From a virus, in IMG/VR virus record IMGVR_UViG_3300009149_000011, positions 32,001-96,000 of that record: a DNA stretch of 64,000 bases; one strand, written 5' to 3'. Within the stretch, counting starts at the first letter, position 1; each line of letters starts with the position of its first letter. A program made the translations under genes and the position numbers. The notes under the pieces were generated by a model, which searched no databases, was not told the origin of the DNA, and worked only from the letters and a program-made list of their open reading frames with translations. Below, one piece after another: positions 38,722 through 48,158 of the stretch.

Positions 38722-39156
38722 CTACATATTATTTATTGGACCTGAATGCCCATTCTTATTATATAGCTTGTAAAGCTGTCTAGCTATGACTCCTTCACCT
38801 TTCTTCTGATTACCACACTCTCCTATGTAATTATCAATATCACCCTTATAAGCATGATATATAGACTCAACTCTAGCTTGAACATCTTGTACAGCTCTCA
38901 ATGAATCCTTTTTAATATTTTCAGCGTCTAGAATGTTCTCCACCCAAACCTCTTTTACTCTTTGCGTAAAAGTTCTGCTCTTAGGTTTAAACCCAAACCC
39001 TCCCATAGTCCCCACTTCGGTGTCTAGAAAGAAATCCATCCAATCACCATCACCTCTCTCTAGATATGAGTTAGGCCACATCTTTCTAGGGTCATACCCA
39101 TGTTCGTTGATGTATTTTTTAATTTCTTCTTGAATTATTTCCTGTAGACTAATCAT
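38722..39156 (-). CDS. hypothetical (IIQEE motif)
   Basis: ORF. Confidence 0.7.
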   Translation of the reverse strand: MISLQEIIQEEIKKYINEHGYDPRKMWPNSYLERGDGDWMDFFLDTEVGTMGGFGFKPKSRTFTQRVKEVWVENILDAENIKKDSLRAVQDVQARVESIYHAYKGDIDNYIGECGNQKKGEGVIARQLYKLYNKNGHSGPINNM

Positions 39157-39386
39157 TTATTTTTCTTATCAACAAATAACCAGTTTTGTAAAAGAGTCCC
39201 TATACTTGTCTCTTTTTTATTAAAAAAAGACATTATTATAATAAATAGAAGACCTAAAGGAGTGCATGAAACTAGCATAGTTTTCCATAAAGAGTATATT
39301 TGATTACTAGGGAACAATGCTGGAACAGTGAGGAAAACAAATTGTATTCCTGTTATGAAAATATATATAAACATTAAACTACTCAT
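39153..39386 (-). CDS. small membrane protein
   Basis: Two TM segments. Confidence 0.55.
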   Translation of the reverse strand: MSSLMFIYIFITGIQFVFLTVPALFPSNQIYSLWKTMLVSCTPLGLLFIIIMSFFNKKETSIGTLLQNWLFVDKKNK

Positions 39387-39398
39387 GGTTTTTTTATT

Positions 39399-40418
39399 TT
39401 ATGATGTACCTTTTATAAAGCTATGATATTTGCCAATAGCCCCTTTTAAAGTTGGAGCTGTATTATAAGCTCTATGGGTATGAGTGACGTAAGTCATCTT
39501 ACCATCTTTACCCTTACTCTTCCAAACTGCTGGAGAAGGCTTTCCTCCAGGTCCGTGATTCCAAGTTGCTTTAGCATCCATAACCTTCGCTCTTTCCTCA
39601 TCGGTCAATGGAACCTTGTTATCTTCCAACTTTTCAAACTTACTTTTTTTACCCTCATGTATATTAGGATCCGCTTTTTCTCTCGCATAAGCCTGTCTAT
39701 ACATGTTCCGCTTTTCTTCTCTCTCTTTTTCTTGATAATATTCATCTCGTCCAACAGCATCCTCTTTTGACTCTACGCTCTCTGACCCAACTTTGATTAT
39801 ATTAATGCGCTTTGTTGGAAATAGTCTCATGTAACTATCTTGTCTATGTTGAGACTCTCCTGGTCTATAAGTTGTCGCAAAAAAGGAATTATTCTTCTGG
39901 CCAGCAAAAAAAACATTCTGTTTTTTACCATCCTTAACAATAGTTATTGAATCTCCTACTTTTGATTTCTTTAATACGTGTTCAATTCTACTTCTGTTAA
40001 TTTGTTCAGATATAAAATCTTCTTTAGATAACTCTTCATAACCTTCATAATCATAACCCTTACTAACATAAACGGTTTTACCATCTGTTACTGGTCCACT
40101 ATAAAGATATTCTCCAGGGTTGGAGTCTTGATGTAAATTATCATTATCAACAACGGATGATATTACTTTGAATTTTTCACTAAAATCAGAGTATACTTCA
40201 TTATTCTCAGCGTGACCAACAGCAAACTCTAAAGACATAGTTACATAGTCTTTGTCAAGAAATTGGTTAACGTCTTCAGCAACGGCTCGGTAAATCTTAG
40301 ACTTACCAGACCCTTTTACATCACTAAACTTTTTGCCCAACTTTCTCTGATACTCTTCAAAAAACAGTTGAATCTCTTCTCGTATTATGTTATGAAGTTT
40401 ATTCACCACTATCAGCAA
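39399..40418 (-). CDS. multidomain hypothetical (IIREE motif)
   Basis: ORF. Confidence 0.7.
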   Translation of the reverse strand: MLIVVNKLHNIIREEIQLFFEEYQRKLGKKFSDVKGSGKSKIYRAVAEDVNQFLDKDYVTMSLEFAVGHAENNEVYSDFSEKFKVISSVVDNDNLHQDSNPGEYLYSGPVTDGKTVYVSKGYDYEGYEELSKEDFISEQINRSRIEHVLKKSKVGDSITIVKDGKKQNVFFAGQKNNSFFATTYRPGESQHRQDSYMRLFPTKRINIIKVGSESVESKEDAVGRDEYYQEKEREEKRNMYRQAYAREKADPNIHEGKKSKFEKLEDNKVPLTDEERAKVMDAKATWNHGPGGKPSPAVWKSKGKDGKMTYVTHTHRAYNTAPTLKGAIGKYHSFIKGTS

Positions 40419-41301
40419 TCAATGACTCTATAGATTCTCTATTTCTTATATCAAACCTTTTTCTTATATTAGGATCAGCTTTAAACACTATGTGATCATC
40501 TCCCATTTCTTCCCACTGACCTGTTGCTTGATTCTTTACATACCATTTATCATATGTAAAATTAACTTCTTGGTATTCAGCAGGCTCTTCCTGAGTGGCA
40601 GATGAATATGTTCCATCCACGTTACCGCTATAGTCTACTCCTATCTGAAAATAGTCGTGCTCATATTCATTTGGATCATAATCCAAAGAATATGCCTTAT
40701 AATTTTCTGGCTTCACTATACCAGCTCTAAAAGAATCTCCAGTATAAGCTTCGTATTCATCATCAATATATGCTGGCTCAGCAGCTCCCAATTCCTGTAA
40801 CTGAAGATTTACTTCATTTAACCTTTGTTCCAGCTTTCTCTTTTTCAATTCTTTGTGAAGAGTCTCGGTTACCAGTTGTTTTAATTCACTTTTTTTAACT
40901 TGTTTCATATTATTCTCCTTTAATCTATGTGTACTTAACCATTTGCTATATTGAATTTTATCTGATTGAACAAATGCTTTTATAAATTTGTCGCCATTCA
41001 CTTTAGCTTGAGTTACCCTGTGATTACCATCCCATAAAATATAAATATCTAAATCAGGATTGTATTTAACCTCAATAGGTTTTGTTATTTTTTGACCTGG
41101 TTTAAAGTCGTTATAATTTCCATCATCATCTGACCATGATCCAGGCTCTGGATCCAAACCATCAATTTTTTCAACAGGTATATTCATCAAAATCCCATGT
41201 TGCACATGGTATTTTCCTCCCATAGAAACAATTTCTCTTTGACTTAAAATTCTAGGTATAATAATTTTTTCTTCCACAATATTACCACCATTTACCTCCA
41301 C
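40399..41301 (-). CDS. ParB-like domain protein
   Basis: WDGNHRV. Confidence 0.65.
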   Translation of the reverse strand: MEVNGGNIVEEKIIIPRILSQREIVSMGGKYHVQHGILMNIPVEKIDGLDPEPGSWSDDDGNYNDFKPGQKITKPIEVKYNPDLDIYILWDGNHRVTQAKVNGDKFIKAFVQSDKIQYSKWLSTHRLKENNMKQVKKSELKQLVTETLHKELKKRKLEQRLNEVNLQLQELGAAEPAYIDDEYEAYTGDSFRAGIVKPENYKAYSLDYDPNEYEHDYFQIGVDYSGNVDGTYSSATQEEPAEYQEVNFTYDKWYVKNQATGQWEEMGDDHIVFKADPNIRKRFDIRNRESIESLIADSGE

Positions 41302-41881
41302 CAGACAACCCTAAAGACTTCGCATACCTTGGAAGTCTGCAAGACCAATATCCTGGCTTTGTTTTATCATTTTTTTGTTCACAATTATGTCTATCAGCAA
41401 AAGCTTTCTTAGCTTTTGGATCTTTAAGCTTTACCGAGAGATTACCTCCACCATCTTTAGCTCCAAAAGAAACTTTTTTAACATTTCCAGATTTAGGATC
41501 CTTCACATAAACATAAAACTTCTTACTACCACCTCTTTTAGGCTTGTTGAGACTCACTTCTTTACCTTGGTACTCAGCTTCATTGATTTGATTCACATCC
41601 TCATAAATGAAGTCAAGATATACTTGCCCTACTTTTTTAAGCCTAATAGATTCTCCAGAAAATTCTTCAACAAGAACTTGATCATTCTCATTTAAGATGA
41701 CACTGCCCTCTCCATAAAGTTTTTTAGCTTCATTCATTAATGAAAAATGTTTTTCTGATCCATATCTAAAAACATTGTCTCCAAGAGGCATGTTATTATC
41801 GATATGATATTTAAGGTCTTCACTGACCTTAATATCACTCTCCGTAAGAGAAAGCTTTACTCCTATTTCCCAGGTATTCAT
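41282..41881 (-). CDS. conserved phage protein
   Basis: KKFYVYV..KKVSFG..RHNC..YWSC. Confidence 0.7.
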   Translation of the reverse strand: MNTWEIGVKLSLTESDIKVSEDLKYHIDNNMPLGDNVFRYGSEKHFSLMNEAKKLYGEGSVILNENDQVLVEEFSGESIRLKKVGQVYLDFIYEDVNQINEAEYQGKEVSLNKPKRGGSKKFYVYVKDPKSGNVKKVSFGAKDGGGNLSVKLKDPKAKKAFADRHNCEQKNDKTKPGYWSCRLPRYAKSLGLSGGGKWW

Positions 41882-41896
41882 ACCTATAAATAGAAC

Positions 41897-41930
41897 AAAA
41901 AACCCGTAGCCAATTTCTTAGCTACGGGTC
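41897..41930 (-). terminator. intrinsic terminator
   Basis: CCCGTAGC..GCTACGGG-T6. Confidence 0.75.
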
Positions 41931-42313
41931 TTAAGCGTTTGTATATGGAAAGAAACGCGTATTAATCACAAGCTCTTATCAAACTTATGAATGAAGTTAA
42001 TGTATTAATAATATAAACTTTATCGCCAGAAAAGTCAACAATAAAAGTTATTTATATCACTTTTTAATAAACAAAACTTTATCACACTTGTATTCTCCGT
42101 CATGAAAATGTATATGAGGCTTGCCAGTTCTATTAATAACCTGTTCCAGCTCCATAATTTTCTATTTTAACACCAATTGTATTTTTTCATCTTTTTCCTT
42201 ATCCAACTCTCTTAGCCAAGAGCTTATGACATCATGAACACAATGTCTCATATCGTCCTCAAAATTGAATTGTATTTTTTAGCCTTTATAACCATGCGCT
42301 CACTTGTTATTTT

Positions 42314-42721
42314 CTACCCTTTTTTAGACTCTATTTCTTTACATGCATTACATTGAGTAGTGCATCCGTATTGAGGTATGTTAGGCCTATGAACTTCATA
42401 GCATTTTATCTTCTCAACCTCTTTTTCTTTTACGCGCTTGCCAGTTAACCCATATATAATATCCTTTATTCTTTCCAGAGTTATACATCCGCCATCGTAA
42501 TCATAATTATGTAACACAATTAAATCGGAAGGCACTACCGAATCTTTAGACTTCTGAGCAATGCATAACATTTCATTTGGCGTAGAAATACACCCTATAG
42601 TTAAATACCTCCCTCTAGGAAGTTGATAATTTAGAGAATTTGTAATGGTTTCGTGAGGTAACTCATGAAAGCCTATGTCAATTAAATCTTGTCTATTCAT
42701 CAATGATATGGAGCCGTGCAT
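42314..42721 (-). CDS. hypothetical protein
   Basis: ORF. Confidence 0.6.
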   Translation of the reverse strand: MHGSISLMNRQDLIDIGFHELPHETITNSLNYQLPRGRYLTIGCISTPNEMLCIAQKSKDSVVPSDLIVLHNYDYDGGCITLERIKDIIYGLTGKRVKEKEVEKIKCYEVHRPNIPQYGCTTQCNACKEIESKKG

Positions 42722-42951
42722 TCAGTCCTTATGAATGTTTGATCCTCCTTTAAAGTTTTTTCAAATTTAGCTATTACAGCTGGAGTTACACCTAGCCCTT
42801 TATAAACGCATTTCCCGTCAACAAACAAAGCTCTTCCAAATCTTGTTGCTGTATTGTAATCGATATGCCCTTGCAAGTCTTCAGAGTCAACCCCATTCAC
42901 CTTATAGTCTCCACTAGGATATAACCCTACGGTTGTGTGTATTTTACTCAT
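42700..42951 (-). CDS. hypothetical protein
   Basis: ORF. Confidence 0.65.
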   Translation of the reverse strand: MSKIHTTVGLYPSGDYKVNGVDSEDLQGHIDYNTATRFGRALFVDGKCVYKGLGVTPAVIAKFEKTLKEDQTFIRTECTAPYH

Positions 42952-42954
42952 AAA

Positions 42955-43296
42955 TTATAAATTAGATAAAATTGCCATTTTTTTTACGATCCCTATTTTC
43001 TTACCAGCATCCATGATATCAAATTCACCTTTTTCATTTGGAATTAACATACCTTTGGCTTGAAGAGCTCTTACTTCAAATGCGTATTTAGGTTCATACT
43101 GAAGCATTCTCCCTTTAAACCTTATCATAAGCTCATTATAAGCTAATTCATCTGCCATTTTACTATTTTGAGTATTGATGTATTTTTTATAATAAATCAA
43201 ATTACACAAATGGCTATGATCCATCTCACAAAATTTAACCTTTATCCCGCGAGCGGTTTCAAACTCTAAACTTCTTAATTCTTCAGCTATCTCCAT
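42955..43296 (-). CDS. hypothetical protein
   Basis: ORF. Confidence 0.65.
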   Translation of the reverse strand: MEIAEELRSLEFETARGIKVKFCEMDHSHLCNLIYYKKYINTQNSKMADELAYNELMIRFKGRMLQYEPKYAFEVRALQAKGMLIPNEKGEFDIMDAGKKIGIVKKMAILSNL

Positions 43297-43340
43297 AATT
43301 AGATAACGAATAAAAACAAAAATTTGTTGCTTTTATTTCT

Positions 43341-44153
43341 TTAAATCTCATCTAAAGGATTACTCAGTCCCAAAAGCCACCTCTTGTATAACTCTGTATT
43401 TTCTTCTTTCCACGCATTGAAAGTTGTTTTATTCCTACCTCTATGCTCTGGGTATAACAACCAGCATTGAGTTGATTGCGTATATTCCTTTGAGTCAATA
43501 TCCATAATTGATAGAGATCCATCATAGGTAGCTCCAGTATCCATGGCCCAGAAGTTTTGCCATTTCTGAGGAGTGTCATATTCTCTACCAAACCCTATGG
43601 TTGGCGTATGCCCTACATATATCTCTTCCCACCTGCCGTCTGATAGCATGCCATTTTCTTTATCTTTATTATTAAAAGCGTGCTTTATCTTGTCTCTAGG
43701 CCATAGGAAATGATAATCGTCAGCAAGATCTAATTTTATAGCTACATGAGGAGGCCCAGCATGAGCAAAGAATTTAGTGTTGTCATCAATTATATGATAA
43801 AGTTTGCCCTCTTCTAGGAATTTTAAATATTTAGGATCTATATCCTCTGGATTCTTACCTAATGATTTAAGAGTAGCCTCCCCACCTTGTTCAAACCATG
43901 CCCCATAAGGGCCTTGTTTCATTTCTTTTTTATAAAACTGAAGACTCCACTCATCGTGATTACCTCTAAGGTTGGTAAATTTTTTAATCTTAAGCAATTC
44001 ATCAATACACTCTTTCACCTCTGGTTAACCATCGCACACGTCCCCTAGCCCAATTAGCTCATCATTATCATAATCAAAACCAACTTTATTAAGAACTTGT
44101 ATTAAAGCTTTATAAGCTCCATGAATGTCTCCTATAACGTATCTTTTAGCCAT
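43341..44153 (-). pseudogene. PPP-family metallophosphoesterase interrupted by TAA (44027-44025)
   Basis: MAKRYVIGDIHG..LGDVCDG*PEVKEC..RGNHD..HAG..GHTP..DTG, all in one frame. Confidence 0.8.
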
Positions 44154-44583
44154 TTTTACCAAAATAATTATTAGCCTTTTGTTTTAATTCTGTAATTTTA
44201 TTGTTAAAAGTATCATCAAGAACTTTTTCCCTAAGATTCAAATATTTTAAAACTATTTCTGAAATATCAATCTTACCTATCTCAATGGATGGTTTTGAAT
44301 TTTGTTTGAATGCATCATGGCCAGAAGGCACAAAGCTGGTCTCACCCCCTAAGTAAACTGTGACATGAAAAAATTTTTTAGAAACTTCTTCAAAAGGCAT
44401 GTCTTCCTTTACTATAAACTGCTTATCATTGCTAATAAAAAAAGCATACAAACCCTTATCAAGCCTTAATTGTACCATACCTTGATATGTGTATACAGAT
44501 ACTTTACCCGTATACAAATCGGTATCATCCACTACAGTTTCTACAGCGTTAACGAGATCTTGTTTTATTTTTTCTAAATCCAT
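44146..44583 (-). CDS. hypothetical protein
   Basis: ORF. Confidence 0.65.
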   Translation of the reverse strand: MDLEKIKQDLVNAVETVVDDTDLYTGKVSVYTYQGMVQLRLDKGLYAFFISNDKQFIVKEDMPFEEVSKKFFHVTVYLGGETSFVPSGHDAFKQNSKPSIEIGKIDISEIVLKYLNLREKVLDDTFNNKITELKQKANNYFGKNG

Positions 44584-44626
44584 AAATCAATTTAAACAAA
44601 AAAGTGTATAAAAACAAAAAGAGAGC

Positions 44627-44926
44627 TTAAAGCTCTCTTTTTTCAATCCATGCATCACCTGAAGCGATTAATTGGTCAATGTATCCCATTGGCGAATTTC
44701 CTGGCGGCAAGGTTTTGATGTTCTTAAAACCATTTTCTTCTTTGATGATAGAATCATCTGGATGTACTGCGCCAGGATTCTTGCTTCCATATGATCCAGT
44801 AAACTTTTTAGTTATTGGATCATAATCTCCCCACAACTTCTTTTTACCGACATAGGGATCAATCGGTTCTACACAAAAAAGTCTCCCCTCTTTTGTGCGT
44901 ACATAATACCTTCCTGTTACGCTCAT
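44627..44926 (-). CDS. hypothetical protein
   Basis: ORF. Confidence 0.7.
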   Translation of the reverse strand: MSVTGRYYVRTKEGRLFCVEPIDPYVGKKKLWGDYDPITKKFTGSYGSKNPGAVHPDDSIIKEENGFKNIKTLPPGNSPMGYIDQLIASGDAWIEKREL

Positions 44927-44927
44927 C

Positions 44928-45185
44928 TTATTTATCTTTTTGGTCTTTCAACCAATATTGTTTCTGCTGACGTACATATTTGTTATCTCCGCTGCACATC
45001 CAGCAATTACACGGATTAAGAGTAGTTCTTAAAAATGTACAATCCTTTCCGCTGTACACATCTTTAATATACTGTTCTTTACTTGTTGAGCTATACACCC
45101 AACTAAATTGAGTCCAAATCCTTACTCTCCTTCTGAATTTAGTCTCCGAGATTTTTCTTCTCTTTGCTTTTTTATAATCTTTCAT
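44928..45185 (-). CDS. small basic Cys-containing protein
   Basis: CNCWMC motif. Confidence 0.65.
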   Translation of the reverse strand: MKDYKKAKRRKISETKFRRRVRIWTQFSWVYSSTSKEQYIKDVYSGKDCTFLRTTLNPCNCWMCSGDNKYVRQQKQYWLKDQKDK

Positions 45186-45270
45186 GACTTATCAGGTTAT
45201 GGCCATTATCCCTAAGCTGGGATAACGACTCGTTACCTGAACAAGTCTTTATCTTTATTCTTCATAAACA

Positions 45271-45969
45271 CTAATTTATAATTCCATATTTTTTTGCCCA
45301 TTTCCTAACAGCATTATCACTAACTCCATACTTTTTACCAACCGCAACAAAAGACGTTTCACCCAACATCTTTCTCAACTCTTTTTCAGTGGGTCTATTT
45401 TTTACTTTTCTATAAAACACTGTTCTCAATTTCTTTGTTTCATTAGAACAGGTTTTACATTTTTTAGCCTTTTTTGTTTTTATGTTTCCACAATCACAAA
45501 AATACTTAATTTTAGTATTTCCCCCTGCGAAAGTTGTAGTCTGACTATGACAATTCGGACATAAGAGACTTAGATTTCCCAACCTATTATCATTATTAAC
45601 GCCATTTTTATGCTCTAACTGCAAAGATATTGGTTTATTATTCCATTCTTTTATACCGCACTCTTCACATCTATACTTCAAAACTCCTTCGTTTACCAAC
45701 CTCCTCTTAAGACTAGATCTATTTTGATATGTTGAATTCGCTATCAAAATATCTTCTAAAGGCATTTTATCAGAAGTACTAAAAGAAAATCTTCCATTTG
45801 TTTTAAACTTTGGAAGATGTACACCTATTCTATCGCAATGAATCCTAAGAGTTTTATAAGCTCCAGACCCATTAGAGTTTACACCAATACTTTCTAGCAT
45901 TTGCCTTATGGACGAATGCTTGGAGATTAGATCTTCTATCTGATCTTTAGTTAAATCTGCAATTTTCAT
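45271..45969 (-). CDS. HNH homing endonuclease with C-terminal HTH
   Basis: CEEC..LQLEHKNGVNNDNRLGNLSLLCPNCH; YGVSDNAVRKW. Confidence 0.9.
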   Translation of the reverse strand: MKIADLTKDQIEDLISKHSSIRQMLESIGVNSNGSGAYKTLRIHCDRIGVHLPKFKTNGRFSFSTSDKMPLEDILIANSTYQNRSSLKRRLVNEGVLKYRCEECGIKEWNNKPISLQLEHKNGVNNDNRLGNLSLLCPNCHSQTTTFAGGNTKIKYFCDCGNIKTKKAKKCKTCSNETKKLRTVFYRKVKNRPTEKELRKMLGETSFVAVGKKYGVSDNAVRKWAKKYGIIN

Positions 45970-46017
45970 TTTTCTCTATAAATAGTGAGAAAAACTCGAA
46001 CCTTGCAAATGGTTTTG

Positions 46018-46092
46018 CACACCCGATAGGACTCGAACCTATAACCTTCGCTTTTGGAGGGCGCTGCTCTGACGCAATTGAGCTACGGATGC
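46018..46092 (-). tRNA. tRNA with CCA (Trp) anticodon on an Arg-like body
   Basis: Loop CTCCAAA; acceptor GCATCCG/CGGGTGT; weak anticodon stem. Confidence 0.65.
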
Positions 46093-46098
46093 ATATTG

Positions 46099-46185
46099 TA
46101 GAGAGTATGGGATTCGAACCCATGTATCGCTTTCGCGATAACACGCTTTCCAAGCGTGCGCCTTAAACCACTCGGCCAACTCTCT
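46099..46185 (-). tRNA. tRNA-Ser(GGA)
   Basis: CACGC-TTGGAAA-GCGTG, long arm. Confidence 0.92.
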
Positions 46186-46295
46186 AAGTAAGAGAAGTAA
46201 GGGTAGCGTGTACTTTGCATCCTTACTTTCGATTTCCTTCCGCATGCCAAACGCCCTTTATCAGGAACGAAGACCTCCAGTCACCTATCTCTCTG

Positions 46296-46381
46296 CGGAG
46301 AGGGTGGGGTTCGAACCCACGCAGCTTTTACACCCTAACGATTTAGCAAAATGTCCCCTTTAACCACTTGGGTACCTCTCC
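46296..46381 (-). tRNA. tRNA-Ser(GCT)
   Basis: Loop TTGCTAA, long arm, imperfect stem. Confidence 0.8.
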
Positions 46382-46409
46382 GTAATAAAGCTTTCGCTTT
46401 AAATATTTG

Positions 46410-46483
46410 TGACCCAGAGAGGATTCGAACCTCTAACGATTCGGGTAGAAGCCGAACATTCTATCCAGTTGAATTACTGGGCC
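46410..46483 (-). tRNA. tRNA-Arg(TCT)
   Basis: TTCGG-CTTCTAC-CCGAA. Confidence 0.92.
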
Positions 46484-46489
46484 ATTTAG

Positions 46490-46563
46490 TACCGATGGAG
46501 GGACTCGAACCCCCGACACTTCCCTGATGAGGGGAACGCTCTACGCAACTGAGCTACATCGGC
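46490..46563 (-). tRNA. tRNA with CAT anticodon (Met/Ile), Thr-like acceptor, C37
   Basis: TTCCC-CTCATCA-GGGAA. Confidence 0.7.
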
Positions 46564-46568
46564 AAATA

Positions 46569-46647
46569 AAGAAAGACTGGGATTCGAACCCAGGGACCTC
46601 AGTCACCGCGTTTCGCGCGGCACAATCAACCACTCTGTCACCTTTCT
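46569..46647 (-). tRNA. tRNA-Ser(CGA)-like with 5-nt anticodon loop
   Basis: CCGCG-CGAAA-CGCGG; Ser-type D arm and variable arm. Confidence 0.6.
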
Positions 46648-46649
46648 AG

Positions 46650-46737
46650 CAGAGGATTTGGGACTCGAACCCAAACGGCTTTTACACCCAACGGTTTTCA
46701 AGACCGCGACCCGTAGACCAACTTGGTTTAACCCTCT
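46650..46737 (-). tRNA. tRNA-Ser(TGA)
   Basis: GCGGT-CTTGAAA-ACCGT, long arm. Confidence 0.9.
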
Positions 46738-46755
46738 GTATTAATTCTTAAGCAT

Positions 46756-46787
46756 AAAAAAACCCCGACCAATTAAGGCCAGGGTTT
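46756..46787 (-). terminator. attenuator terminator before tRNA array 2
   Basis: CCCTGGCC-TTAATT-GGTCGGGG-T7. Confidence 0.85.
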
Positions 46788-46813
46788 CTGTAAATGTTTT
46801 ATTTCTTATGCTC

Positions 46814-46915
46814 TTAGAAAATAACACATACCCCAGCCGTTGAACTTGATCTACTAGACCAAGATCTCGATCTTGACGATCTTGACATGTTGTTGTATGT
46901 AATTGTTGTTTTCAT
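46814..46915 (-). CDS. Ser/Arg-rich leader peptide (33 aa)
   Basis: MKTTITYNNMSRSSRSRSWSSRSSSTAGVCVIF*; antiterminator GGCTGGGGT (46838-46830). Confidence 0.8.
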   Translation of the reverse strand: MKTTITYNNMSRSSRSRSWSSRSSSTAGVCVIF

Positions 46916-46978
46916 TTCGTATAAATAGTTAAACTTTTAACAAACTTAATAACTCTAACGTTAAAACGCAAGAAAATG

Positions 46979-47200
46979 TTACTTTTTTTTATTTTTATCT
47001 TTCTTTTTTTTATCAAAAAAGAATGCTACGTGATAAATAATTGTTAATATAGTGGTTATATATAGCCCTGTAGCGCTTCCACTGTAGTAATAGCTTCTTG
47101 AAGAAATAAAATAAGCTCCCAGCATAACTGCAAGTAAAATTATTGACTTTGGCCCCATTGAAGTATAAATGTGCTTATAAAAATCTGATATCTTTTTCAT
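46979..47200 (-). CDS. small membrane protein
   Basis: Two TM segments, basic tail. Confidence 0.6.
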   Translation of the reverse strand: MKKISDFYKHIYTSMGPKSIILLAVMLGAYFISSRSYYYSGSATGLYITTILTIIYHVAFFFDKKKKDKNKKK

Positions 47201-47234
47201 AGTCTTTTTATATAAATAGAAAATAATATCGTTT

Positions 47235-48158
47235 TTATGATCCTATAGATTTGGACGCGCCACCTACATATGTTTGTATTCTTCCATATATTTCTTGAAC
47301 TGACGTATTTCTTATGTTGCTCTGAACTACTGAGAAATGATGGTTTGAATGTGGGTGAAACATTAAGTTTAGATGATTGTCCTCCATGTTGTTATAAACG
47401 TCTTCATCCCAAACCGCTTTATCAACAAGTATAGTATCTCCCTCGTTATAGTAATCGTATAGACCTTTTTCTTTAATTACGAAAAGCCAATATAGACAAT
47501 ACTCAGTCCATCTAATTTTTGAATCACCTGCCGAATTAGGGCATAATTTTGACAATTCTTCTACCCAATTTTTATCTTTAAAAACTTTTACGCATAAATG
47601 CTCCATCAACTCCTTAACTAGAGAGGTGTGGAGTATTTGAGGGGTGCAGCCTGGAACTCTCTCCTTGAGATCATAATCTATTTCATACCCCATGATCTCG
47701 GCAGTATTTTCCCACCAGTCTTGATGTGTATGATATGGTATGGTTCCAATTTTCGCCTTCCCATTAACTATTAAATCGCTAAATGAAGTATGTCTTGTTG
47801 CAAACATATCAGCGTCTAGCAGTATATAATGATCAGTTTCTATATGCTCTGATACTTTTAATTTAAGGATTTGCTGTTTAAACCATCCTGAAGAGAAGTT
47901 GATGCTGTTATCAATTAATTGACTGTCAGGTATCAATCTAATGTTTAAGGGGGAGCTTTTAAGCGATTCCATATGTTCCAAGTCGTTGTCTGGACATATA
48001 TATATCACCTCATGCAGAGAGTCTCTATCCACAAACTTTTCAAGAGAAGGGCTAAGCATCATATGAACTCTTGCCAGGTCATTTATCTTGTGCCCTTCCC
48101 AATCTTCTCTACTAGCCCTACTTACAGCTATTACGAATGTAATTTTATTATTCACCAT
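47235..48158 (-). CDS. GT-A-like (DUF6492-like) protein
   Basis: GWFKQQILKL, LLDAD, WTEY. Confidence 0.65.
   Translation of the reverse strand: MVNNKITFVIAVSRASREDWEGHKINDLARVHMMLSPSLEKFVDRDSLHEVIYICPDNDLEHMESLKSSPLNIRLIPDSQLIDNSINFSSGWFKQQILKLKVSEHIETDHYILLDADMFATRHTSFSDLIVNGKAKIGTIPYHTHQDWWENTAEIMGYEIDYDLKERVPGCTPQILHTSLVKELMEHLCVKVFKDKNWVEELSKLCPNSAGDSKIRWTEYCLYWLFVIKEKGLYDYYNEGDTILVDKAVWDEDVYNNMEDNHLNLMFHPHSNHHFSVVQSNIRNTSVQEIYGRIQTYVGGASKSIGS

Noticed and set aside
46190-46293. Hammerhead or HDV/theta ribozyme after tRNA-Ser(GCT)
   Set aside because: CTGATAA..GAAA is present but stem I cannot form, and I found no HDV-like nested pseudoknot.
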